Shown: positions 17,228-25,381 of the stretch, piece by piece
How positions within the stretch are numbered: position 1 is the stretch's first letter
How the letters are laid out: each line of letters starts with the position of its first letter
Assembly: GCA_964616245.1 (NCBI GenBank)
Contig: CAZTRQ010000001.1
Coordinates: 1-54,015 of the forward strand
Source: an uncultured Spirochaetaceae bacterium
GTDB taxonomy: Bacteria > Spirochaetota > Spirochaetia > DSM-27196 > PWMO01
DNA: 54,015 nucleotides
Direction of reading: 5' to 3'
Program-made: the position numbers and the translations under genes
The notes under the pieces: generated by a model
Seen by the model: only the letters and a program-made list of their open reading frames with translations
What the model was told of the DNA's origin: nothing
Databases searched by the model: none

Positions 17228-17980
17228 ATGCGCATACTTGTTACCAATGACGACGGGATCGAGAGTCCCGGCCTCCATACCATTGCCCAGGCGCTGTCCC
17301 GGCATCACGAAGTCTGGGTAGTAGCTCCGGAATCGGAGCGGAGCGCGATGTCCCACTACATTTCCGTAAAGAACCCGGTGATAGTCCGGGAGATCGCTCC
17401 CCAACGGTTTACCGCCTCGGGCTCTCCGGCGGACTGTGTCATCGTCGGGATGCTCGGCGTGATGCCCGACGAGCCGGACGCCGTCGTCTCCGGTATCAAC
17501 ATTGGTCCGAACCTTGGGACCGACATTATCTATTCCGGAACCGTCGCTGCTGCTCGGCAGGGCTCGATTATGGGCAAGCCGTCGGTCGCCGTCTCCCTCG
17601 ATACCTTTTCCGAGCCGATGCACTTCGGTCCTGTGGCCGATTTTGTCGCCGAGAACCTGGAAACCATGGTCGATCTCTGGAAGGGTGACCATTTCTTGAG
17701 CATCAACGCCCCGAACCTGTCGGAAGCCCCTCAGACTGTGGAGATTACACGGCCGAGCCACCGGGTCTACCACGACCGATTAGAGGAGTTTGCGTCGCCC
17801 CACGGAGAGGTGTACTATTTTCTTCGGGGGGCACCTGTCGATACCGAGCTCGCCCCGGGAACCGATTGGTACGCGGTATCCCAGGGATCGATTTCGGTAA
17901 GTCCGATCTCGATTCATCCGACGATAACAGAGGAGGACGAGACGTACAAAGCGGCTCAGTTCGTCGTCTCCCCCGTATGA
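17228..17980 (+). CDS. surE: 5'/3'-nucleotidase SurE
   Basis: MRILVTNDDGIESPGL..SGINIGPNLGTDIIYSGTVAAARQG are hallmark SurE motifs. Confidence 0.95.
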   Translation: MRILVTNDDGIESPGLHTIAQALSRHHEVWVVAPESERSAMSHYISVKNPVIVREIAPQRFTASGSPADCVIVGMLGVMPDEPDAVVSGINIGPNLGTDIIYSGTVAAARQGSIMGKPSVAVSLDTFSEPMHFGPVADFVAENLETMVDLWKGDHFLSINAPNLSEAPQTVEITRPSHRVYHDRLEEFASPHGEVYYFLRGAPVDTELAPGTDWYAVSQGSISVSPISIHPTITEEDETYKAAQFVVSPV

Positions 17981-17984
17981 GGAT

Positions 17985-18647
17985 GTGATGGAAAAGGCGG
18001 TGGCGCTCCTAAAAGCCAAACGGTTCCGTCAGGCGATCCAGGCCCTGCTGGACGCGGAGGTCGAGCCCGAAGAGCGGTCCTTGGTCTCCTACTACCTCGG
18101 TCTTTCCTACACTCACCTCGGCAAGTTCGACGAAGCGCTCCTCTACCTGGAGCAGGTTGCCACAGGAGACGTCGATTTTCCCTTCCAGTTCCAGAGCCGG
18201 ATGATTCTCGGCTACATCTACTCGGTAACCAGGCGCCCACGACTCGCAGAGTTCGAGTTTCGTCGCCTTCTCGCCGACGGCTTCGAGTCTACCAAAGTCT
18301 ACTCCGCCCTTGGATACGTGCTCTACGCCCAGGGCAAGAGCGAGGCGGGAATCAAAGCCCTCGAACAGGCACTGGAGTTGGACGGCGAGAACGCCACGGC
18401 GCTGAACTCGCTTGGGTACATCCTGGCGGACGAGGAGGTCTCGTTGGAAAAGGCCCTCGACTACTGCAAACGAGCCGTAAGTCTCCGGCCGGACAACGCC
18501 GCTTGCCTCGACTCCCTCGGGTGGACCCTCTTCAAGCTCGGTAAGTTTAAGGAGGCCAGGAGCTATTTGCGCCGGGCCAAAGATCTATCGCCGGATAGCG
18601 AGGTCATAGCCGGTCACCTCAGAGCGACTATCGAGGCAGGAAGATGA
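17985..18647 (+). CDS. cytoplasmic TPR-repeat protein
   Basis: 220 aa with no signal peptide and several TPR units (e.g. YSALGYVLYAQGKSEAGIKALEQALELDGENATALNSLGYIL). The start is GTG 17985 or ATG 17988. Confidence 0.8.
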   Translation: MMEKAVALLKAKRFRQAIQALLDAEVEPEERSLVSYYLGLSYTHLGKFDEALLYLEQVATGDVDFPFQFQSRMILGYIYSVTRRPRLAEFEFRRLLADGFESTKVYSALGYVLYAQGKSEAGIKALEQALELDGENATALNSLGYILADEEVSLEKALDYCKRAVSLRPDNAACLDSLGWTLFKLGKFKEARSYLRRAKDLSPDSEVIAGHLRATIEAGR

Positions 18648-20665
18648 ATCGCCCCTGGGTTCGGGTGGCGTTTCTCTTGCTTATCGTCCTCCCTGCGGCT
18701 GTCGGACAGAACATCGACATGGCAGCCGTCCGGGGAGAGGAGGAGTTCCAACGGGGAGTCCGGGCGTATCACCAAGCGAGGCTTTCCCAGGCCATTCTTG
18801 CCTTTACCGAGTCTCTCTCCCATCAGCCCCAGGACCCTCGAACGAGGGTTTGGCTCGGGCACGCGTACTACCGTTCGGGGTTCGAGGACGCAGCACTGTC
18901 CCAGTGGGAGTATGCCGGCCGCCTCGGCTCGGACACGGCGTATCTTCGCTTTCTACGGCAGGTCGTAGCGCAGCGGCGGAACGTCGATCTCCAGGCCGAG
19001 GCGGATCGACGCTACGTAGTCGCCGGGGAGCTTTCGGGAACCCCGGGCAATATTCGGGTCTTTTCCCGACCGACCTCCCTGCGGCCCCGGCCCGACGGCT
19101 CCTTCTACCTGACTTCCTTCGCGACCCACGAAGTCCTTGTCCTCGATGTCAACGGCGTCCCTACCCGGCAGCTTTCCGGAGGGGTCCTTGGATTCTCCCA
19201 GCCCTACGACATTATGCCCCTGCCTTCGGGGGATCTGGTGGTCAGCGAGTTTGGTGCCGACCGGGTGGTCCGCCTCTCCCCCGGAGGGCGGCGAATCGTC
19301 GAGATGGGAAGTCGAGGGACCAACGCGGGGCAGCTTCTCGGGCCCCAATACCTCGCCGTCGACGAGGGAGGCTTTGTCTACGTAACCGACTGGGGAAATC
19401 GGCGCGTCTCCAAGTTCTCTTCGGAGGGGGAGTTTCTCCTCTCCTTCGGACGGAGGGCTCCCGGGTTTGACGGCTTCTCGGCTCCAACGGGAATCGTCGC
19501 GGTCGACGGACGTATCTTCGTCGCCGACGCCCGGCGTCGAAGCGTGGCGGAGTTCGATACAAGCGGCAACTTTGTCCGGGAAATTGCGGACATCGGCCTT
19601 CAGCGGCCCGAGATGCTCTCTGTCTACGATTCCCGGAGGCTCCTCGTTGCCGACGGGGATCGGGTTGCCCTTCTCGACGTTGACAACGAGGTGCTCGAGC
19701 CGGTTACGAGCGAAAGGTCCATCGGGAGCCGAATTACCGGGGTTACTCTCGATCAGAACGGAAACATTCTCGCGTCGGATCTTGAAGAGGACCGGGTCTA
19801 TTTCCTCTCCGAGTCGAGTAGCCTCTTCGGCGGGCTCTTCGTCCACGTAGACCGAGTAATCGCCGAAGACTTTCCCCGGATCTTCGTCGAGCTTTCTGTG
19901 TCCGACCGCCGAGGGAACCCAATCGTGGGCTTGCGGAGCAGCAACTTTTTGGCGATGGAAAACGGGCGACGCCTCGACGACGTGCAGCTCGTCGGCGCCC
20001 CGGACCAGGGGAGCAGAACCAGCTTTTCCCTCTTAATCGAAGCCTCGCCGGCAGCCGTGGCGAGGCACCAAGAGCTCGAAGCCGCCCTCGAAGGCACTCT
20101 TGCCGGAATTACCGGGGAAGACCGTCGGGGTCTGATTCTTGCCGCAGACGCTCCGGTAGCCGTTACCGGGAGCGAAGCAGCCGGGTCTCTCTACTCCCGG
20201 CACCGAGGGGTCGCTACTCCGGCCTGGAGCTTCGATCTCGGGCTCCGGGACGCCGCCATGGGACTCCTGACGCAGCCGCAACGGAGAGCCGTCATCTTTT
20301 ACGCCGCCGGCCCCCTTCCGGACCACGCCTTCGACCGATACGGCCTTCCGGAAACCGCCGAGCTGCTCAAGAACAACCAGGTTTCCTTTAGCGTAGTCTA
20401 CCTATCGCCCTCGACTTCGAGCCCCGAGCTCGATTTTCTCGTTCGCGAGACCGGGGGATCGGCGGCCTACGTCTACCAGGAAGAAGGAGTGCGGCCGGTG
20501 ACCGAAGCCGCTCGTAGCGTTCCCGGTGGTCGTTACCTCTTGCGCTACGAGTCTACGAGCCAAACCGATTTTGGCCGGGCCTACCTTCCTCTGGTCGTCG
20601 AAACCTACCTGTTCCGAAAGAGCGGTCGAGGAGAGTTGGGCTACTATCCACCCCTGGAGTTCTAA
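18644..20665 (+). CDS. exported multidomain protein: TPR, NHL-repeat beta-propeller, and a vWA-like domain with degenerate MIDAS
   Basis: Signal peptide VAFLLLIVLPAAVG. NHL repeats include GPQYLAVDEGGFVYVTDWGNRRVSKFSSEGEF and PTGIVAVDGRIFVADARRRSVAEFDTSGNF. The C-terminal part follows the vWA pattern (SFSLLIEASPA in place of DxSxS; LVRETGGSAAYV; GRYLLRYES). ATGA overlap with the upstream gene. Confidence 0.8.
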   Translation: MNRPWVRVAFLLLIVLPAAVGQNIDMAAVRGEEEFQRGVRAYHQARLSQAILAFTESLSHQPQDPRTRVWLGHAYYRSGFEDAALSQWEYAGRLGSDTAYLRFLRQVVAQRRNVDLQAEADRRYVVAGELSGTPGNIRVFSRPTSLRPRPDGSFYLTSFATHEVLVLDVNGVPTRQLSGGVLGFSQPYDIMPLPSGDLVVSEFGADRVVRLSPGGRRIVEMGSRGTNAGQLLGPQYLAVDEGGFVYVTDWGNRRVSKFSSEGEFLLSFGRRAPGFDGFSAPTGIVAVDGRIFVADARRRSVAEFDTSGNFVREIADIGLQRPEMLSVYDSRRLLVADGDRVALLDVDNEVLEPVTSERSIGSRITGVTLDQNGNILASDLEEDRVYFLSESSSLFGGLFVHVDRVIAEDFPRIFVELSVSDRRGNPIVGLRSSNFLAMENGRRLDDVQLVGAPDQGSRTSFSLLIEASPAAVARHQELEAALEGTLAGITGEDRRGLILAADAPVAVTGSEAAGSLYSRHRGVATPAWSFDLGLRDAAMGLLTQPQRRAVIFYAAGPLPDHAFDRYGLPETAELLKNNQVSFSVVYLSPSTSSPELDFLVRETGGSAAYVYQEEGVRPVTEAARSVPGGRYLLRYESTSQTDFGRAYLPLVVETYLFRKSGRGELGYYPPLEF

Positions 20666-20667
20666 CT

Positions 20668-20988
20668 ATGGGGTTCAGGGACCGCCGAGCGCGCCGTCGC
20701 GCCGAGTGGGAGCAGATCTGCAATCGATGCGGTCTGTGCTGCTACGACCGAAAGCGAACGCTTCGGGGGCGGGTCGCTATTCTCTGGAAAAGGCCCTGTC
20801 CCTACCTCAAGATTTCCAATGGCCTCTGTACGGTCTACGATAAGCGCTTCTCGGTCTGTAAGGATTGCCGAAAGGTCACCATCTTCCACGCCCTCTTCGA
20901 TAGCTACATGCCGGAAAGCTGCGCGTATGTCCAACGCTTCCGCCCCTTCGCCCGGCGACGGAAGCCTCCGATCCCCGCCGAAGAGTAG
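20668..20988 (+). CDS. YkgJ-family (UPF0153) cysteine-cluster protein
   Basis: 106 aa. CNRCGLCCYD..PCPYL..GLCTVYDKRFSVCKDC is the CxxCxxCC signature of the YkgJ/FliB-like zinc or iron-chelating family. Confidence 0.75.
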   Translation: MGFRDRRARRRAEWEQICNRCGLCCYDRKRTLRGRVAILWKRPCPYLKISNGLCTVYDKRFSVCKDCRKVTIFHALFDSYMPESCAYVQRFRPFARRRKPPIPAEE

Positions 20989-21018
20989 CCGAAGAGTAAC
21001 AATCGTATCCGGGAGCGC

Positions 21019-21069
21019 GGATCACGTTTGACCCCCCTTGGGGCCTATCGTATCTTTGGGACGTGATCC
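21019..21069 (+). promoter_or_regulatory. clpS promoter (TTGACC-N17-TATCTT, 21028-21056) bracketed by a perfect 9-bp inverted repeat GGATCACGT / ACGTGATCC
   Basis: Arms at 21019-21027 and 21061-21069. The 33-nt spacer begins exactly at the -35 hexamer. Confidence 0.4.
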
Positions 21070-21368
21070 CTGGGAGCATCGAACAGACAAAAGAAAAGTC
21101 AAAGGAAAAGATAAAGGAACCGGAGATGTACCGGGTCCTGCTTCACAACGACGACTACACGACGATGGAGTTTGTCGTCGAGGTCATTATGAAGGTTTTC
21201 AAGAAGCCGGTAATGGAAGCAACCCAGATAATGATGCAGGTCCACAAGGCGGGTAAGGGCTCCGTAGGCGTCTACACCCACGACATTGCAGCCACCAAGG
21301 TCCAACAAGTGCGCGAGCTCGCGCGTCAGCGCGATTTTCCCCTCAAGTGCACCATGGAGAAAGCATAA
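21063..21368 (+). CDS. clpS: ATP-dependent Clp protease adaptor ClpS
   Basis: MYRVLLHNDDYTTMEFVVEVIMKVF..ATQIMMQVHKAGKGSVGVYTHDIAATKV matches the ClpS core. The start is either GTG 21063 (21-aa Lys/Glu-rich N-extension) or ATG 21126, which is preceded by GGAG. Confidence 0.9.
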   Translation: MIPGSIEQTKEKSKEKIKEPEMYRVLLHNDDYTTMEFVVEVIMKVFKKPVMEATQIMMQVHKAGKGSVGVYTHDIAATKVQQVRELARQRDFPLKCTMEKA

Positions 21369-21371
21369 GCC

Positions 21372-23696
21372 ATGCGAATAAACCGCGAATTGCAGGTAAT
21401 CCTCAACGCCGCCTTTCAGGAGGCAAAACAGAGGAAACACGAATACCTGACACCGGAGCACGTCCTCTACGCCGCGCTCCATTTTGAATATCCCCGGGAC
21501 GTTGTCGCCGAATGCGGCGCGGAGCCCGACGAGATCCGCACCGAGGTAGACGGTCACCTTACCGAGAAGGTTCCCGTTGTCGAGGATACGGATCCGTTCC
21601 AGTCCCTCGGTTTCCAAAGCGTCGTCGAGCGGGCGGTGTTTCACACCGAGAGCGCCTCGAAGGAAGAAGTAGATATCGGAGACATCCTCGTCTCCATCTT
21701 CGACGAGGAAGACTCCTTCGGCGCCTATTTCTTGAGGAAAGCGGGGATCAGCCGGATCGATCTTCTTCACGTAATCTCCCACGGTCTATCCAAGGTGGAG
21801 GCGCAAGACGAGAACGGGGCAACCGAAGACGAAGTCGGGGAGGACGCCTTTGAAGAAACCGCCGAGGGCGTCGCCGAGGACGAGGAAGCCGAGGAGAAGG
21901 CGGGGGGGAAGCGCCGTCGCCGGGATCCCTTGAGCCAATTTACCACCGATCTGACGAAGTCTGCCCGGGAAGGACGCCTCGAGCCGCTGATCGGCCGGGA
22001 GGATATTCTCGAGCGGACCATGCAGGTCCTCTGCCGCCGTCTCAAGAACAATCCGATCCATCTCGGAGACCCCGGTGTCGGGAAGACCGCCATTACCGAA
22101 GGTCTCGCGCAGCGGATTGCCGACGGCACCGTGCCTCCGGCCTTGCGGGACTACACGGTACTCGCCCTCGACATGGGGGGGATGATAGCCGGGACCCGCT
22201 ATCGGGGCGACTTCGAAGAACGGATGAAGCAGGTGATGAAGGCGCTGGAAAAGCGCACCGACATTATTCTCTTTATCGACGAGATTCATACCCTCGTTGG
22301 GGCCGGGGCGGTTTCCGGAGGCTCGATGGACGCCTCGAATATGCTAAAACCCGCGCTGGCGAGTGGACGGATCCGCTGCATCGGCTCTACGACCTTTGAA
22401 GAGTACCGTCGCTTTTTCGAAAAGGACCGGGCCCTCTCCCGGCGATTTCAAAAGATCGAGGTCCTCGAGCCAACCGAAGACGAAACCGTCGAGATTCTCA
22501 AAGGTCTCCGGAGCAAGTACGAGGAGTTCCACAACGTCCGTTACACCGACGAAGCCCTCAAGTCGGCGGTTCATCTCTCGGCGCAGTACATAAACGACCG
22601 CCACCTTCCGGACAAGGCCATCGACGTTATCGACGAATGCGGCGCCTTTACCCGGATGAAGCTCGAGGCCTCCGAGGCACAAGGCGAGCCGGTCGTAATC
22701 ACCGAGCAGCAGGTCGAGCGTGTGGTCTCGAAGATGGCCAAGATTCCGGAAAAGAGCGTTTCTGTTTCCGAGAAGGACCGCCTGAAGGGCCTCGAGGGGG
22801 ACCTAAAGTCCGTCGTCTTCGGTCAGGACCCGGCCGTCGAATCGGTGGTGGACGCGGTAAAGCGCTCCCGGGCGGGTTTTCGTCACCCGGACAAGCCGGT
22901 GGCCTCGTTTCTCTTCGTCGGCCCCACCGGAGTCGGCAAGACCGAGCTCGCTCGGCAGCTCTCCGACACCCTCGGAATCTCGCTGCATCGCTTCGACATG
23001 AGCGAGTACCAGGAAAAGCACACCGTCAGCAGGCTTATCGGTTCGCCGCCGGGCTACGTCGGGTACGAGGAGGGGGGACAGCTCTCCGAAGCCATTCGAA
23101 AAGAGCCCCACGCCGTCCTCCTTCTCGACGAGATCGAGAAGGCGCATCCGGATATCTTTAACATCTTGCTTCAGGTGATGGACTACGCGACCATTACCGA
23201 TAACACCGGCAAGAAGGCCGACTTCCGGAACGTCATTCTTATCATGACCTCCAACGCCGGTGCCCGGGAGCTCGGTCGACCGCTAATCGGCTTCGGCGAG
23301 CGACAGATTACCAGCGAGGCGGTAAACGACGCGGTGGAAAAGATCTTCTCCCCGGAGTTTCGAAACCGCCTCGACAAGGTCGTGCAGTTTCAGCGTCTCC
23401 CGGAAGAGGTTATCCAGAACATCGTTCGCAAAGAGATCGCCGCCTTTAACGAGCAGCTCTCCGAAAAGAATGTAAGCCTCGAGGCGACCGACGAATGTAT
23501 CGCCTGGCTCGCGGAGAAGGGCTATTCCGACGAGTTTGGAGCGCGGAACATCGGGCGACTGGTGGAGGAGAAGCTCAAGCGCTACTTCGTCGACGCCGTG
23601 CTCTTCGGCGATCTTGCCGACGGCGGGACCGCCGTCGCGGATATCGAAGACGGAGAGGTGGTCATCCGGACCGAGGTGCCGACGCCCGAGGGGTAA
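21372..23696 (+). CDS. clpA: ATP-dependent Clp protease ATP-binding subunit ClpA
   Basis: 774 aa. Clp N-domain and two AAA+ modules ([20 protein letters not shown]). There is no ClpB-type long middle domain. Confidence 0.95.
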   Translation: MRINRELQVILNAAFQEAKQRKHEYLTPEHVLYAALHFEYPRDVVAECGAEPDEIRTEVDGHLTEKVPVVEDTDPFQSLGFQSVVERAVFHTESASKEEVDIGDILVSIFDEEDSFGAYFLRKAGISRIDLLHVISHGLSKVEAQDENGATEDEVGEDAFEETAEGVAEDEEAEEKAGGKRRRRDPLSQFTTDLTKSAREGRLEPLIGREDILERTMQVLCRRLKNNPIHLGDPGVGKTAITEGLAQRIADGTVPPALRDYTVLALDMGGMIAGTRYRGDFEERMKQVMKALEKRTDIILFIDEIHTLVGAGAVSGGSMDASNMLKPALASGRIRCIGSTTFEEYRRFFEKDRALSRRFQKIEVLEPTEDETVEILKGLRSKYEEFHNVRYTDEALKSAVHLSAQYINDRHLPDKAIDVIDECGAFTRMKLEASEAQGEPVVITEQQVERVVSKMAKIPEKSVSVSEKDRLKGLEGDLKSVVFGQDPAVESVVDAVKRSRAGFRHPDKPVASFLFVGPTGVGKTELARQLSDTLGISLHRFDMSEYQEKHTVSRLIGSPPGYVGYEEGGQLSEAIRKEPHAVLLLDEIEKAHPDIFNILLQVMDYATITDNTGKKADFRNVILIMTSNAGARELGRPLIGFGERQITSEAVNDAVEKIFSPEFRNRLDKVVQFQRLPEEVIQNIVRKEIAAFNEQLSEKNVSLEATDECIAWLAEKGYSDEFGARNIGRLVEEKLKRYFVDAVLFGDLADGGTAVADIEDGEVVIRTEVPTPEG

Positions 23697-23699
23697 GCC

Positions 23700-24404
23700 G
23701 TGTCCTTCCCCTACCTCGACGAGAACCAGAGCGTACGGTTCCCTCCGCTAGAAGAAGCTACCCCCGAGGGAGTCGTAGCCGTCGGGGGCAACCTCTCCCC
23801 GGGAATGCTGCTCTCGGCGTACCGCCAGGGAATCTTTCCCTGGTTCTCGGAAGACGAGGAGCCAATCCTCTGGTGGAGCCCGGACCCCCGGTACGTCCTC
23901 TTCGTGGACGAGCTTTCGGTACCGCGGCGCCTTACCCGGAGCCTCAAAAAGGAACCCTTTGAGATAACCTTCGACAGCGCCTTCGACGCGGTTATCCGTT
24001 CCTGCGCCACGGTATTCCGGCCGAAAGAGATGGGCACCTGGATTACCGGGGAGATGTTCCGAGCCTACACCCGGCTCCACGAGTTGGGGTACGCCCATTC
24101 GGTAGAGGCGTGGCGGGAGGGCGAACTGGCCGGCGGGCTCTACGGCGTCTGTCTCGGGGGCGTCTTCTACGGAGAGAGCATGTTCCACCGGGAGACCAAC
24201 GCCTCTAAGGCGGCGTTCGTGGCCCTGGTTCGGGGCCTCGAGGCCAACGGCATTCGGTTGATCGACTGTCAGATGGAGACCCCGCTCCTCGCTTCCTTCG
24301 GCGCCCGCCACATTCCCCGAGAGGAGTTTGCCGGTCTCCTCCTCGCTCTTCTTGCCGAGGAGACCCGGCGTGGGAGTTGGAAATCCTGGTCCCTCGCCTC
24401 GTAA
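23700..24404 (+). CDS. aat: leucyl/phenylalanyl-tRNA--protein transferase
   Basis: SAYRQGIFPWFSEDEEPILWWSPDPR..GGLYGVCLGGVFYGESMFH. GTG start 3 nt after the clpA stop completes an N-degron clpS-clpA-aat cluster. Confidence 0.9.
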   Translation: MSFPYLDENQSVRFPPLEEATPEGVVAVGGNLSPGMLLSAYRQGIFPWFSEDEEPILWWSPDPRYVLFVDELSVPRRLTRSLKKEPFEITFDSAFDAVIRSCATVFRPKEMGTWITGEMFRAYTRLHELGYAHSVEAWREGELAGGLYGVCLGGVFYGESMFHRETNASKAAFVALVRGLEANGIRLIDCQMETPLLASFGARHIPREEFAGLLLALLAEETRRGSWKSWSLAS

Positions 24405-24426
24405 TTCATTACAAAGCGCGTCAATA

Positions 24427-24927
24427 ATGCACTATATTTCGGGCATGGCACGTTACTGGACCAAACCGAGAATAGTCTTCTTTACCTGGGGCCTCGTCGA
24501 GTTGATCGGATGGCTCGCGACGCACTATTGGCCCGACCCCCGGGTCAACTGGGTCTGGCTCGTTCTGACGATAATTGGTCTAATACCGATGTTCCTCTAC
24601 ATGCCCCTGAAGGCGCAGAAGATGAGGAACATCCTCCTGTTATGGGTTATCACCGTTACCGTCGGCATGGTGGCCTCCTTCGGCGCCTTCGCCTGGCAGT
24701 GGCTCCGGACTCTTCCCGCCTACCTCGGTGCGTTTTGGCTCGTTCTTATGGGGGTGGCCTTTCTGATAAACGCACGATGGTGGACCCCTAAGCTCTTTAC
24801 GGCCGGCGGACTCGCCCAGATAGCCGCCGGAGTTGCGATCTATTTCGTTCCTGCTCTGATGGGGCCCCAGTACCTTATCGCCGCGATTGTCGGTTCGGGG
24901 GCGATGTTCTTGCTTATGGCCAAATAG
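24427..24927 (+). CDS. hypothetical integral membrane protein (~5 TM)
   Basis: Trp-rich hydrophobic segments with no recognisable family. ATG 24427 (or 24445) is chosen because the longer track ORF from 24328 overlaps aat. Confidence 0.6.
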   Translation: MHYISGMARYWTKPRIVFFTWGLVELIGWLATHYWPDPRVNWVWLVLTIIGLIPMFLYMPLKAQKMRNILLLWVITVTVGMVASFGAFAWQWLRTLPAYLGAFWLVLMGVAFLINARWWTPKLFTAGGLAQIAAGVAIYFVPALMGPQYLIAAIVGSGAMFLLMAK

Positions 24928-24946
24928 GGGCCGGCGTAGTTAATTG

Positions 24947-24978
24947 TTGACGTTTATAGTCAATAATACGTATATAAT
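24947..24978 (+). promoter_or_regulatory. AT-rich promoter TTGACG-N18-TATATA(AT) abutting the cupredoxin ATG; 12-bp palindrome ATAATCGATTAT spans the start codon
   Basis: -35 at 24947-24952 and -10 at 24971-24976 (or 24973-24978). The ATG is at 24984 and no Shine-Dalgarno lies between. Confidence 0.45.
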
Positions 24979-24983
24979 CGATT

Positions 24984-25376
24984 ATGAATACAAACAGAGC
25001 ACGATTGTTTTTGGTCTCTTTTTCCCTATTGGTTCTCTTTGCGGTGGCCCCCGCGTTTGCCCAAGAGGTAGTCGACGTCACCGATTCGAACGCCGCCGTC
25101 AAGGAGATTGTCGTCGAAAACGACGGCCTTAGCTTCGTTCCGAACGAGATTCGGGTGAACCAGGGAGACCGGATTCGCCTTACCTTCCGAAATACCGGCG
25201 GGTTTCACGACTGGGTCATCGACGAGTTCGATGCCGCCACGAGCCAGATAACCGCAGGAAACTCGGAGACCGTGGAGTTCGTCGCCGATCAAGCCGGTGA
25301 GTTCGAGTTCTACTGCAGCGTCGGGAACCACCGGGCCAGGGGCATGTTCGGCGCCTTCGTGGTCGTCGCGGATTAG
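24984..25376 (+). CDS. secreted type-1 (blue) copper protein, cupredoxin fold
   Basis: Signal peptide LFLVSFSLLVLFAVAPAFA. Candidate copper ligands are His in GGFHDWVI and Cys-x4-His-x4-Met in FEFYCSVGNHRARGMFG. Confidence 0.8.
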   Translation: MNTNRARLFLVSFSLLVLFAVAPAFAQEVVDVTDSNAAVKEIVVENDGLSFVPNEIRVNQGDRIRLTFRNTGGFHDWVIDEFDAATSQITAGNSETVEFVADQAGEFEFYCSVGNHRARGMFGAFVVVAD

Positions 25377-25381
25377 TCGCC

